From NCBI GenBank assembly GCA_963845145.1, contig CAWJQU010000005.1:576001-640000 (forward strand): a stretch of DNA of 64,000 nucleotides. The letters run 5' to 3'. Under the pieces are notes generated by a model. It was not told the DNA's origin, ran no database searches, and saw only the letters and a list, made by a program, of their open reading frames with translations. The stretch comes from an uncultured delta proteobacterium. Its GTDB lineage: Bacteria > Desulfobacterota > Desulfobacteria > Desulfobacterales > QNYZ01. The translations under genes were made by a program, and so were the position numbers. Below are positions 51,044-62,573 of this stretch, in pieces. Position 1 is the first letter of the stretch. Every line of letters begins with the position of its first letter.

Positions 51044-53550
51044 ATGAGCGAACGATTGCGACAACATATTCTACCGCTTGTTAATCAGCCGAGCCAGTAT
51101 CTGGGCGATGAAATCAACCGGATCAAGAAGGATCTCCACGCGGTGGATCTTCGTGTGGCCTTGGCCTTTCCCGATATGTACGAAATCGGCACATCCCATT
51201 TCGGTATGCAAATTTTATACGACCGGCTAAATGCCCGCGACGATATTGCTGCTGAACGGGTGTTTACGCCGGATATTGACATGCAAGCCCTCCTTAAATC
51301 CGCTAAATTACCATTGATGTCCCTGGAATCCGAATGGCCCCTGGACCGCTTTGATATCATTGGATTCAGCCTTTTGTACGAACTTAATTATACCAATATT
51401 ATAGCCATGCTCGATTTGGCCAGCATTCCATTTTTTCATACCGAACGAAGCGACGCCCACCCCATCATCATCGCCGGTGGACCATGTACGGCAAATCCGG
51501 AACCGGTGGCCGAATTTTTCGATGCCATGGTTGTGGGTGACGGAGAAGAGACGATGCCGGCTATGGCCGACAGCTGGCTGACATGGAAAAAAAATAGGCA
51601 TCGGGATAAAAAAGACCTCTTGCGTCGTTGGCAGCAAATCGAAGGTGTGTATATCCCCTCATTTTTTAATGTAACCTATAGCGATGAAAGACTTTCTCTG
51701 GTCACCCCGCAGAACCCTGAATTTCCAAATGTCCGGCGTGCGGTGTTGCCCGATTTAAATGATGCGCCATTTCCGGCTTCGCCGGTGGTCCCTTTCGGTC
51801 GCCCGGTACATGACCGCTTGCGAATGGAAATCTCACGGGGTTGTACGCGGGGGTGTCGGTTTTGTCAGGCGGGGATGTTCTATCGCCCCGTCCGTGACCG
51901 GTCTCCGGAAACGGTTCTCTCTTTGACCGATCTTGGGCTTGAGACAACCGGCTACGATGAGATCTCCCTTTTGTCTTTGTCCACTGGAGATTACGGTTGT
52001 ATTGCCCCGCTTTTGAAGCAGCTTATGACAAGGCATGCCGACGACCATCGTGCTGTCTCCTTTCCCTCTTTACGCGCCGATACGCTGACAGAAGATCTGG
52101 TTCGCCTTATTAAAAAGGTGCGCAAAACCGGTTTTACCATCGCCCCTGAAGCGGGCAGCCAACGGCTGCGGGATATGATTAACAAGGATATCACCCAGGC
52201 AGATATCGAAAAAACCGTCCGGATGGTATTTGACCATGGCTGGGAAGTCATTAAACTTTACTTTATGATCGGACTGCCCACGGAAACCGAGGAGGATCTG
52301 GTTGCCATCGTCGATCTGGTTAAGCATCTGGGGAAAATTCGTCCTGCCAAAGGGCGCCGCCGTCCCAGGACTTAACGTCAGTGTGACAACCTTTATCCCT
52401 AAGGCCCATACGCCCTTTCAATGGTGCCCCCAAATTTCTTTGGCGGAATCCAGGCGGAAAATAGAATGGCTTAGGCAGCAACTTAAGTCTCCCAGGGTCC
52501 GTTTCAAATGGCAAAGGCCCGAAGTGAGTCTGGTGGAAGGAATCTTTTCCCGGGGCGACCGCCGCCTATCCCGGCTGCTGGTGGCGGCTTACCATAGACG
52601 GTTGCCGGTTTGACGGGTGGAGCGATCATTTCAATTTCGAAAAATGGATGGAAGCGTTAATGGATGTTGGCTTGGATGCCGATTTTTTCACCACCCGAAC
52701 GCGACCTCTCAATGAACCGTTGCCATGGGATCACATCGATGTCCGGGTTTCGAGGTCTTTTTTAGAAAATGAATGGGAAAAGGCCCTGGAAGGTCGAACC
52801 ACATCGGATTGCCGAAATGGTGAATGCCATCAATGCGGAACATGCGATTTTGAAACGATTGCGCCGAAGGTTTACACGGCGTTTCGGGAAAAAGAACCCG
52901 AACCTGTTGAACGATTAAAAACACCGGATATCCGTTATAAAAAAGTTTCTTTGGACTATGCCAAGACCGATGACGCCCGCTATTTTGGTCACCTGGAGAT
53001 GGTCAATGTTTTTGCACGGGCCTTTCGCCGAGCCCACATTCCACTTAAGTTCACCCAGGGGTTTCATCCCAAACCGAAGCTGGCATTTGCCGACCCCCTC
53101 CCTATCGGTATGGAAAGCCTGAGAGAGTCCCTCGCTATTGAGATTCCCGAAAAAACAAACCTGAAGACGGTAATCGATCAGCTCAATAGGCAACTGCCGG
53201 CCGGGCTGGTAATGATTGAGCCTTCGTCCCCGGATAGTGCCAAGCCATCCGCCAGGCCGGATATCATTTGCTACCAGGTTCTTCTGAAAGGGGGCCGTTT
53301 TGACGCAGGCAGACAGCAGGCCTTTTTGGAAAAATCAATCTGGATTCATGAAAAAAAGACGGCCAAAGGTAAAGTGGTTCGATTGGATGCCAAGCAGATT
53401 GTTGAAAAAATCACGCTGTCCACAGACAAACAGATGACGATCTGTTTGCGCAAAAAAACGGGGCAGTCATTGCGGCCGGCGGAATTGCTAAAAAGTATTT
53501 TTTATCTTGATGATGACGATATCAAACAAGCGAGAATCGTAAAACAATAG
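51044..53550 (+). CDS. TIGR03960-family radical SAM protein fused to a TIGR03936-like domain, frameshifted (~52365, ~52597)
   Basis: FPDMYEIGTSH, RGCTRGCRFCQAG, TIAPEAGSQRLR, LYFMIGLP; next frame FIPKAHTPFQW..SRGDRR; last frame LPWDHID, C..CHQCGTC, GHLE, GFHPKPK. Confidence 0.88.
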
Positions 53551-53558
53551 GACAGCGC

Positions 53559-55124
53559 ATGATTCGAAAATTAATTATCAACGAAACCAACCATGAGACC
53601 CGCGTCGCTCTACTCGAAGACGGCACCATTGCCGAAGTGTTTTACGAGCGCCACGATAATAAAGAGATCACGGGAAATATTTACAAGGGCCGGGTTCAAC
53701 GCGTTCTGCCTGGGATGCAGGCCGCATTTATCGACATCGGTCTGGATCAGGCGGCGTTTATACATGTCAACGATGTGGTTCGAAACAGTGATCCGATTTT
53801 TGAAGCCTATTTTTCGGATGAGTTTTCCAAAGTGGCCGCTACCGCCGACGATGGGGGCCAGGATCATATCGATCGCACCGATGAACGGCTGGTCTCCTTG
53901 TCAGAACCGGAGACGCGCCCTATTGAAGAACTGCTCGTCGAAGGCCAGGAGTTGATGGTCCAGGTGGCTAAATCGCCTTTGGGGTCCAAGGGGGCGCGGG
54001 TCACCACCTACATCTCCCTACCCGGACGTTTTCTGGTCCTGATGCCGTATTCCGATCATATCGGTGTTTCACGCCGCATCGAAAAAGAGGTGGAGCGGGA
54101 TCGCCTCAAGCAAATCGTTCAATCCCTAAGAAAAAACGGTACCGGATATATTGTACGCACGGCCGGGGAAGGCATCCCCGCCGAGAAATTGGCCGATGAA
54201 ATGGGTTTTTTGCACAAATTGTGGGAGGCCATTCAAAATAAAAACCACGCCATGTCCGCCACCAACCTAATGCATAAGGAGTTGACCGTCAGCCTTCGAG
54301 CCGTTCGGGACCTGTTGACGAACGAAGCGGAAAAAGTGGTGACTGATTCTCATGACGTCTACGAGGATGTCTTGTCGTTTTTAGACACGTACATGCCGGC
54401 CTTAAAAGATTCGGTGAGGCTTTACGATGTACCTGAACCCATTTTTGACGCCTACAACCTGGAATGGGATATCTCCCGCGCCCTGAAACGCAAGGTCTGG
54501 TTAAAATCCGGAGGGTATATTGTGATCGACCAGACCGAAGCCCTTTGCGCGATCGATGTTAACACCGGTCGATATGTGGGGACCCATAACCAGGATGAGA
54601 CGATTTTAAAAACCAACCTGGAGGCCGTTAAAGAGATTGCCTACCAGGTCCGCTTGCGAGATATCGGCGGCATCATCATTATCGATTTTATCGACATGAT
54701 TAAAAAAGCCCATCAGGAAAAAGTGTCCGATGCCTTGCTCGAAGCATTAATGAAAGATCGCAGCCGAACGCACGTGCTGCCCATTTCCGAGTTGGGATTG
54801 GTTCAGATGACACGCAAGCGGGTCCGGCAGCCCTTGCACCAGATACTATGTGAACCTTGCTTTTATTGCGACGGCCAGGGAACCTTAATGTCGCGGCGAT
54901 CGATTTGTTACAATATTTATCGGGAAATGCTCAGGCAATCTCGTGATCTAATGGGTGATCGGCTGACCTTGCGGGTCAATCCTGAAATTGCCGATCTGTT
55001 TTACGGTAAAGAGCAGCGATTGGTGGAAAACCTGGAAAAAGAGTTCGGCCGCCAAATCGTCATCTACCCCAACCCTACTTATCACCTGGAACAGTTTGAT
55101 GTTCTGGAGGTATTAAGCCAATAG
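53559..55124 (+). CDS. rng: Ribonuclease G (Rne/Rng family)
   Basis: GNIYKGRV.RVLPGMQAAF, KGARVT, LKSGGYIVI, IDVNTG, RLRDIGGIIIIDFIDM, C..C.G.G. Confidence 0.93.
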   Translation: MIRKLIINETNHETRVALLEDGTIAEVFYERHDNKEITGNIYKGRVQRVLPGMQAAFIDIGLDQAAFIHVNDVVRNSDPIFEAYFSDEFSKVAATADDGGQDHIDRTDERLVSLSEPETRPIEELLVEGQELMVQVAKSPLGSKGARVTTYISLPGRFLVLMPYSDHIGVSRRIEKEVERDRLKQIVQSLRKNGTGYIVRTAGEGIPAEKLADEMGFLHKLWEAIQNKNHAMSATNLMHKELTVSLRAVRDLLTNEAEKVVTDSHDVYEDVLSFLDTYMPALKDSVRLYDVPEPIFDAYNLEWDISRALKRKVWLKSGGYIVIDQTEALCAIDVNTGRYVGTHNQDETILKTNLEAVKEIAYQVRLRDIGGIIIIDFIDMIKKAHQEKVSDALLEALMKDRSRTHVLPISELGLVQMTRKRVRQPLHQILCEPCFYCDGQGTLMSRRSICYNIYREMLRQSRDLMGDRLTLRVNPEIADLFYGKEQRLVENLEKEFGRQIVIYPNPTYHLEQFDVLEVLSQ

Positions 55125-55147
55125 ATCGATAGGGACACGGGCATCCA

Positions 55148-55444
55148 TTATTCTTTATGTTTTAACCCGTGGGCCTTTTTGAAAGCGTGCCACTCGTCAT
55201 GATCGACCCCCCCATCCCCGTTGGGGTCCAGCGCTTTAAAAACTTGGGGATCCGCATTCGGAAAAAACGCTTTAAACTCCTCCCAATTTACCAACGCATT
55301 GCTGTCCGTATCCATGTCACCAAAATGCGCATTAAACGATTCAGGATCCGGCAGAGCGGATTTGTGAAATTTTTGGCTGGGCGAGCATCCAATACCCAAT
55401 GTGATCAAGATAATGAAAATCGGTAATAGAGCGATTCGGTTCAT
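55148..55444 (-). CDS. EF-hand domain lipoprotein
   Basis: Lipobox-like GIGC; EF-hand loops DTDSNALVNWEE and DPNGDGGVDHDE. Confidence 0.8.
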   Translation of the reverse strand: MNRIALLPIFIILITLGIGCSPSQKFHKSALPDPESFNAHFGDMDTDSNALVNWEEFKAFFPNADPQVFKALDPNGDGGVDHDEWHAFKKAHGLKHKE

Positions 55445-55757
55445 GGTTCCCCCGTCTTTTCAGTGTGAGCGCCTCTTGATGCCAGGCGAATGAAATAATA
55501 GGTCTATAGTAATTCGACTTAATCTGCAGTCAAGCCTGAGAATGGATGGTCGGTCATGAAACAAGTGGAGAGGAATTGGCTAAAACAACCGACGTTATGC
55601 TTTGAGAAATAAAATACATAATCAGCATAAGATTATTACCTTTATTCCACAATCGCTTTCATCTGCAAGAATAAGGCTTGATTAATAAAAAACATAACTA
55701 TCTGTAAATATTATCTTTAAACGACTATTTTATGAGATTATCGATTGACGACCGGCC

Positions 55758-55773
55758 TGGCATCCTTCTTGCT
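55758..55773 (+). promoter_or_regulatory. Sigma54 (-24/-12) promoter
   Basis: TGGCAT-CCTTC-TTGCT matches TGGCAC-N5-TTGC; preceded by an AT-rich region. Confidence 0.7.
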
Positions 55774-55846
55774 TTATTATTGAAACAATAAACAGCTTTG
55801 GCTTGGAAACTCTACACTGGACACTGGATCAAGAAGGAGCAAAAAA

Positions 55847-56011
55847 ATGAAACAATTGGGTCTATTAATCGCATTAGTCGCCACTTTAGCCACCGGATAT
55901 GCATTGGCATCTCCCGTACCCGAATCGCTTGCAACGCTTGTCTTTGGCGTCGGCCTGGTCAGTTTGGCCACGGTTGGCCGGAGAACCATCAGAAAGACGG
56001 AGACAAGGTAG
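55847..56011 (+). CDS. 54-aa minimal PEP-CTERM-like protein (signal peptide directly followed by sorting signal)
   Basis: Manual translation MKQLGLLIALVATLATGYALA-SPVPESLATLVFGVGLVSLATVGRRTIRKTETR; RBS AAGGAG; too short for the ORF track. Confidence 0.75.
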   Translation: MKQLGLLIALVATLATGYALASPVPESLATLVFGVGLVSLATVGRRTIRKTETR

Positions 56012-56047
56012 TCGCTTATATCCATAATTGACATTTGCAGCCACTTT

Positions 56048-56082
56048 GAGGTCGATCCGTATCGGATCGGCCTCTTTTCTTT
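56048..56082 (+). terminator. Rho-independent terminator
   Basis: GAGGTCGATCCG-TAT-CGGATCGGCCTC followed by TTTTCTTT. Confidence 0.8.
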
Positions 56083-56368
56083 ATTACCTTTATTTCTCTC
56101 ACACACTATTCACCTAAATATACTGTTAAATCCCGATTTTTAAAAAGGGACCGGGCCTTATCCCACCATATATGGGAAACCCCTATCACAGTTAACCTTA
56201 ACCGATTTTTTCGTTAACCGCATTTCTCCTAGCGTAGAACGGATACATCTCTCAGGCATTTAACGTAAGTATTCGACCGGTTGTTCGACGGATAAAGAAA
56301 ACCTTTTTCATCATCAAGGTCTCAAACTTAGCGAAAGTTCCACACTAGTCGTCTGCGGGGGAAAACCG

Positions 56369-57132
56369 ATGCACGCAAACAGATGGGTATTAATAGGCAT
56401 TGTTTTGGCATTGATAAGTGGTACAGTGATAACCAAGGGGCTGGCTTATAATACTTTAAATCGTGATATTTATTCAGAATTATTGAAAAAATTCGTTGAC
56501 AACGGAAAAGTTGATTACAAGGGATTAAAAAAGGAAGAGGCCGATTTGGATACCTACCTCAACCACCTGGCCCAAATCAACCCTAAGATGTTGTCAGTCG
56601 ATGCGCAATTTGCGTTTTATGCCAATGCGTATAATGCCTGGACCATCAAGTTGATTTTAAGCGGCTATCCCGGCATAAAGTCCATCAAGGATCTGGGAAG
56701 CCTGCTGAAAAGCCCGTGGAAGAAAAAGATCGCTCGGATTGATGGTGGGCTTATGACGCTGGATCAAATTGAGCATGATATCCTGCGGCCTCGATTTAAA
56801 GATCCCCGAGTTCATTTTGCCATCAATTGTGCCGCCAGGAGTTGTCCGCCGCTGTCGGATCGAACCGTTCAGTGGCTGAAAAATTGAATCAGCAGTTGGA
56901 TCAATTGACGCGGGCATTTCGTCAATGATCCGCACAAACAACTATCTCAAAGGCAACATGTTCCACGTGAGTTCGATATTTAAATGGTTTAAAAGCGATT
57001 TCAAGGATGGTATCGTTAATTTTTTCCTCAAATATGCCGAAGGTGACTTGAAAACCGACTTAAGGCCGACTCAATGACAAGGTTAAAGTCAAGTATCTTG
57101 ATTATGACTGGTCCTTAAACGGGCAAAAATAA
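56369..57132 (+). CDS. DUF547 domain protein, frameshifted in the 3' third
   Basis: VDYKGL, AFYANAYNA.T, IEHDILR..DPRVHFAINCAARSCP; downstream frames give SSIFKWF..DF and YLDYDWSLN. Confidence 0.8.
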
Positions 57133-57183
57133 AATCCCAAGCGTATATAAAAGCGGGCGTATTATGAAAGGAGGGGTTCAAAA

Positions 57184-58095
57184 ATGAAACTGGCGATGAT
57201 CGGATTGGGACGGATGGGAATGAATATGGCCAGAAGGTCTGATGCAGGGCGGGCACCAGGTGGTGGCTTATAACCGGACGCCACAAAAAACCGATGAATT
57301 GGCCCAAGAAGGGGCCATCGCGACTTATTCCTTGTCCGATGTTGTTGAAAAACTTGCCCGCCTCGGGTCATCTGGCTCATGCTTCCGGCCGGCGAAGATT
57401 GTGGATGATCATATCGATCAATTAAAAGCCCTTCTGTCCCCGGAAGATATCGTTATCGACGGCGGCAATACCTATTACAAGGATGATCTCCGCCGGGCCA
57501 AGGTCTTGGCCGATGCCGATATAAAGTATATTGATGCCGGAGTGAGCGGTGGCATTTGGGGGCTGAAGGTCGGCTACTGCACGATGGTGGGCGGAGATAA
57601 AACCGACCTTTGAATTTCTCGAGCCGATATTTAAAACCCTGGCGCCACCGAATGGCTATCTTTATTGTGGCCCCACCGGTGCCGGCCATTTCGTCAAAAT
57701 GGTTCATAACGGCATCGAATACGCCATGATGCAGGCCTATGGAGAGGGATTCGAAATTCTGGAGGCTTCCGATTATGCGAAGGATTTCGATTATGCCAGG
57801 ATCTCCAACCTGTGGAACCAGGGCAGTGTCATCCGTTCCTGGTTGCTGGAACTGATGGCCGATGCCTTTGCAGAAAGACCCCCGCCTTTCTGATATCACG
57901 GGTTATGTGGAAGATTCCGGTGAAGGGCGTTGGACGGTTCAGCAGGCCATGGACACCAACGTGCCGGCCCAGGTGATTACCCTGTCGCTGTTGCAACGCT
58001 TTCGGTCTCGTCAGGAAAATACGTTTACCGACCGGGTTCTGGCCGCATTGCGCCGGGAGTTCGGCGGGCATGCGGTGGAATCTTCAGACAAATAG
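57184..58095 (+). CDS. gnd: 6-phosphogluconate dehydrogenase (decarboxylating, short type), several frameshifts
   Basis: MIGLGRMGMNMA, IDGGN, DAGVSGG, GAGHFVKMVHNGIEY, GSVIRSWLL, DSGEGRWT, RREFGGHA spread across frames. Confidence 0.88.
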
Positions 58096-58171
58096 ATTTA
58101 TCAAGTGGAGATAGCCAGGTTACGAATCTTTGACGACCCATGAATTTCTTATACGTGCCGGGGAGCAAAAG

Positions 58172-59756
58172 ATGGAAAAAACAGCGGGTGATGAACGAAA
58201 CATCTCTGCGGTTGCTCCTGAAACCCAGGAACCCTTTACGATGAGTGCTCGCTTACCGAACCCCTTGACCCGTGCACTATCGTCATTTTTGGCGCCACGG
58301 GCGATTTGACGGCGCGCAAGCTGATTCCGGCCTTATTTAATTTATACTGCCACCACGGATTGCCCAAACGTTTTGTCATTGTCGGATGCGGCCGAACCCA
58401 ACTGACCGACCAGGAGTTTCGCAATAAACTGGAAAAGTCGCTGTCACCTTCTGATCCAGCTGCCGGCAGAGACGTGGCGAGATTTTGCCGGGCATCTATT
58501 TTATCGCGCCATCAATTATGACGATCGATCTTCGTACAAACAATTGGCGGAAAACACTGCAAATTCTGGACGAACAAAATCAAACTGGTGGAAACCGGAT
58601 TTTTTATCTGGCCCTGCCCCCATCGCTTTATCAGCCGGTGACACGTCAAATCGGTCAGGCCGGTCTTGCCAAGAAAATGCCGATGGCGGCGGTTGGGCGC
58701 GCCTGGTGGTTGAAAAGCCGTTTGGCCGGGATCTCGAAACCGCCGTTGAATTGAACCACAGGATGTCACACGCATATTTAAAGAACATCAGATCTTTCGA
58801 ATCGACCATTACCTGGCCAAGGAAACCGTTCAGAATGTGTTGATGTTTCGATTTGCCAATGCGATCTTTGAGCCGATCTGGAACCGGCAGCTATATCGAA
58901 TAGGTCAGTATCAGCGCCCTGGAAACCCTGGGCGTGGAACATCGCGCCGGCTATTATGAACAGGCCGGGGTGTTGAGAGACATGTTCCAAAACCACATGA
59001 TGCAGCTTTTGGCCCTCATCGCCATGGAGCCGCCCTCACGATTCATGGCCGAACAGGTGCAGGGATGAACGAATAAAGGTGTTTCGATCCCTGCGCCCGT
59101 TTTCAACCGGATAGTGGCCGATCACCTGGTTCTGGGCCAGTACAAAGCGGGAGCATAAATCCGGAAAAAAGTTCGAGCCTATCGCAAAGAAACCGGTGTG
59201 GATCTGCATCGCTGACCCCTACCTTTGCCCGGATGAAGGTTTTTTTGGATAACTGGCGCTGGCAGGGCGTGCCCTTTTACCTGACCTCAGGAAAGCGGCT
59301 GGCTAAAAAAATCACCGAAATTTCCATTCAATTTAAAGATGTCCCCCATTCCATGTTCAGACGGGTTCTCGGTGAAACCATAGGGGCCAATCGGATCACC
59401 CTCGGCATCTATCCGGATGAAAAGATCACTTTGACGTTTCAGACCAAGCAGCCGGGGCCAAGGTGTGCTTGCGGCCCGTGACAATGAATTTCGACTACCA
59501 GCAGAACGACGCCGGGCCGGTTTTGGAAGCATATGAAAAAGTTCTGCTGGACTGCATCCTTGGTGATCATATGCTGTTTTGGCGGCAGGATGGCATTGAG
59601 CGGTGCTGGTGGTTTCTAACACCGATTTTGGCGGCTTGTGAGCGATGCGAGGACCGGGGCCGACAATTTCATTTTTATCCCGCCGGCGGATTGGGACCGA
59701 GGGAAGCTGCAAAAATAGGACCCAGGGAGAATCATGATGTCATCCAAGCAAGATAA
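58172..59756 (+). CDS. zwf: Glucose-6-phosphate 1-dehydrogenase, many frameshifts
   Basis: [72 protein letters not shown] in different frames. Confidence 0.88.
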
Positions 59757-60438
59757 TTCGGCGAACAAGCCCCGACAGGCCACCGCTAAAGCTGTTATAT
59801 TGCTCTTGTTTATCATAGCGGTCATCTGCTTGGTTCGGTTTACACCTGTGAAAAATTATTTGACCGCCGAATCTTTGGGTCGCTTTCTGGATACGGTCGG
59901 ATTCTGGGCGCCCTTTCTCTTTATGCTGATTTATGCGGTTGGGGTCTGTCTCTTTTTACCGGGAACCCTGCTCACTGGCCTAGGGGCGGCCATTTTTGGC
60001 CCGTATTGGGGTTTTTTATATGTCTGGATCGGCGCCATGGCGGGCGCCAGCGCCGCGTTTGTCATCGGTCGCACCCTGGGAAGAGCGTTCGCTGCTTCGC
60101 TCATCGGTGATAAGCTAAAAAAGTATGACGATGCCATCGAGCGCAACGGCTTTGCCACGGTTTTATATTTACGGCTGGTCTATTTTCCGTTTACGCCCAT
60201 GAATTTCGGTATGGGCCTAACCAAAGTTCGTTTTTGGGATTATTTCACCGGAACGGCGCTTGGTATTATCGTGGGAACATTTATTTTCACCTTTTTTATT
60301 GGAACCATAAAAGAGGTGTGGGCGTCCGGCAACTGGGGAGAGCTGATCTCCTTTAAAGTTTTCTTTTCCATCGGCCTGTTTATTTTTTCATTTTTTATCC
60401 CTAAAATTATTAAAAAATTCAAACGCGACGATAAATAG
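59734..60438 (+). CDS. TVP38/TMEM64 (DedA/VTT) family membrane protein
   Basis: LPGTLLTGLGAAIFG, GASAAFVIGR.LGR, YLRLVYFPF..NFGMG. Confidence 0.88.
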   Translation: MMSSKQDNSANKPRQATAKAVILLLFIIAVICLVRFTPVKNYLTAESLGRFLDTVGFWAPFLFMLIYAVGVCLFLPGTLLTGLGAAIFGPYWGFLYVWIGAMAGASAAFVIGRTLGRAFAASLIGDKLKKYDDAIERNGFATVLYLRLVYFPFTPMNFGMGLTKVRFWDYFTGTALGIIVGTFIFTFFIGTIKEVWASGNWGELISFKVFFSIGLFIFSFFIPKIIKKFKRDDK

Positions 60439-60455
60439 ATAAGGAGTGTAAGATC

Positions 60456-62225
60456 ATGGGTTCCGATCATTTGGACTTACGACCGGTTAAGGCGGACCTG
60501 GACAAGTTACAACCCAAGTTACAAACATTGGTGCTTGATGCCCTGTCCCGAATGGCTGAGAAAAAGATCATTCAGCGGATAAGAAACCATGACCATACCG
60601 TTTGGAAACCGGACCCGACCGATATTGCGAACCGGCTGGGATGGCTGACCATTCCTCAAAAAATGATGGGCTCCGTCGAAGAGATCAGCGCCCTGGTCGA
60701 CGAAGTAAGGCATGAAGGTTTCACCCATGCGCTGCTCATGGGCATGGGGGGTTCGAGCCTGGCACCCGAGGTGTTTCGGATGACGTTCGGTGTAAAAAAA
60801 GGATACCTGGATCTAGCCGTTCTGGATAGTACCGACCCCCGCGCCGTGGGTGCCGCCGCTCAGCACCTCAATCCATCCAAAACATTGCACATTGTCTCCA
60901 CCAAATCCGGTGGGACAGTGGAAACCCTGTCGTTTTTGAAATACTTTTACAATAAAACCGTTGCCGCGGTCGGTGCCGAAAAGGCCGGTGCACAGTTTAT
61001 CGCCATCACCGACCCGGGCAGCCGGCTGGAGGCCCTGGGACGGGACCTTGCTTTTCGAAAGATTTTTCTTAACGATCCTGAAATCGGGGGGCGCTACTCG
61101 GCCTTATCCTATTTTGGGTTGGTGCCCGCCGCGCTTGTCGGGGTCAACCTTAAGACCTTGCTCGACCGTGCCGTTTCCATGGCTACCTCAGACGGGGAGG
61201 CCGGACTTCACCTGGGCGCGTTGATGGGTGAACTGGCTATAGCCGGAAAGGACAAACTGACCTTGATCCTGTCCTCTGGAATAACCTCTCTGGGCTCCTG
61301 GATCGAACAACTGGTTGCGGAAAGCACGGGCAAGGAGGGTAAGGGCATTCTGCCCGTGGATGGTGAAGCATTGCTTTCTCCAGACGCCTATGGCAAAGAC
61401 CGGCTCTTTGTTTATTTGCGCCTCAAAGGCGATACGCTGCATGATGTGCATGTTGACAACCTGAAAATGGCCGGCCATCCCGTGGTGACGATTGAGCTGA
61501 ATGATGAATTTGATCTAGGCGGAGAGTTTTATCGTTGGGAAATGGCCACGGCCGTGGCCGGACATCGAATGGGGATCAATCCTTTTGATCAGCCCAACGT
61601 GGAGTCGGCCAAGGTCTCGGCACGAAAAATGCTCGCAACGTACCAGGAAACAGGACAATTACCCAAACTGGATTTCGATCGGAGCGAGGATGGCCTGGCA
61701 GTGGTTACGAGTATCGTCGCCGATACCATTGAAGCGATATTTCACCAGTTTCTCGGCCGGGCCCGAAAAATTTCCGACCATAGCCTGCTGCCCTATGTCG
61801 CCATTCAGGCCTATCTACCGCCTTCAGCCGACACCGACAAGGCGCTTTTTAAGCTTAGGTCTCAAATACAGTCCCAGCTAGCTTGTGCCACAACAGTGGG
61901 GTATGGTCCCCGGTTTTTGCATTCCACCGGCCAGCTTCACAAAGGGGACGGCGGACGAGGTTTGTTTATTCAATTGACCGACGAATTGCCCACCGCGTCA
62001 ACCGGTCGCTCAAGGACGGATTCATTGATGGATATCGCGATTCCGGACGCACCGGGTGAAAACACATCCGTCATTACTTTCGGCACGTTGTTGGCCGCCC
62101 AGGCCCTGGGGGATCGTCAAGCGCTGCTGGATGCCGGGCGTCGGGTTATCCGTGTTCATTTGGGTCAAGATGTGCGAACCGGTCTGGATCGCCTGACGCG
62201 TATGGTGGCGGCAATGAACACCTGA
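60456..62225 (+). CDS. pgi: Glucose-6-phosphate isomerase (type seen in Tal-Pgi fusions)
   Basis: RLGWL, GMGGSSL, STKSGGTVET, ITDPGS, GGRYSALS, EQLVAESTGK, NPFDQPNVE.AK, GPRFLHSTGQLHKG. Confidence 0.88.
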   Translation: MGSDHLDLRPVKADLDKLQPKLQTLVLDALSRMAEKKIIQRIRNHDHTVWKPDPTDIANRLGWLTIPQKMMGSVEEISALVDEVRHEGFTHALLMGMGGSSLAPEVFRMTFGVKKGYLDLAVLDSTDPRAVGAAAQHLNPSKTLHIVSTKSGGTVETLSFLKYFYNKTVAAVGAEKAGAQFIAITDPGSRLEALGRDLAFRKIFLNDPEIGGRYSALSYFGLVPAALVGVNLKTLLDRAVSMATSDGEAGLHLGALMGELAIAGKDKLTLILSSGITSLGSWIEQLVAESTGKEGKGILPVDGEALLSPDAYGKDRLFVYLRLKGDTLHDVHVDNLKMAGHPVVTIELNDEFDLGGEFYRWEMATAVAGHRMGINPFDQPNVESAKVSARKMLATYQETGQLPKLDFDRSEDGLAVVTSIVADTIEAIFHQFLGRARKISDHSLLPYVAIQAYLPPSADTDKALFKLRSQIQSQLACATTVGYGPRFLHSTGQLHKGDGGRGLFIQLTDELPTASTGRSRTDSLMDIAIPDAPGENTSVITFGTLLAAQALGDRQALLDAGRRVIRVHLGQDVRTGLDRLTRMVAAMNT

Positions 62226-62357
62226 TCGCCTAAAACGGCCGGTAACCAGGCTTGGCAAATCTTCAATTTAATGCCAATTTGTGATAATAACCATTGTGAT
62301 AATAATTATAGGGATAGATTGATCGAATTCATCAGATAAACCGCATACAGGAGAAAC

Positions 62358-62567
62358 ATGATGGCGGAAGAAATAAAATACGAATGCCTTAAGTGTGGCA
62401 TCATTAAAACAGTTGCGGACGACTCCCTGCCGGTCCCCCAATGTTGCGGCCGTCCGATGTGCAAAGAGGAAGCCCTCGATGTTTGTGAGGCCAGCTTTAG
62501 TGCCGAGGATTCTCGAATGGATAATATTGGCGAACCTTGCGATGATGGACGCTCAGGGAAAATATAG
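62358..62567 (+). CDS. Small Cys-rich protein with a desulforedoxin-like CxxC...CC motif
   Basis: YECLKCG...PQCCGRPM; RBS AGGAG; tail EPCDDGRSG. Confidence 0.7.
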   Translation: MMAEEIKYECLKCGIIKTVADDSLPVPQCCGRPMCKEEALDVCEASFSAEDSRMDNIGEPCDDGRSGKI

Positions 62568-62573
62568 CCCAAC

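Noticed and set aside
55777..56106. ORF-track calls 55777-56106(-) and 55798-56031(+)
   Set aside because: The 55847-56011 frame has the RBS, promoter, terminator and recognisable signal/sorting architecture; these two do not.
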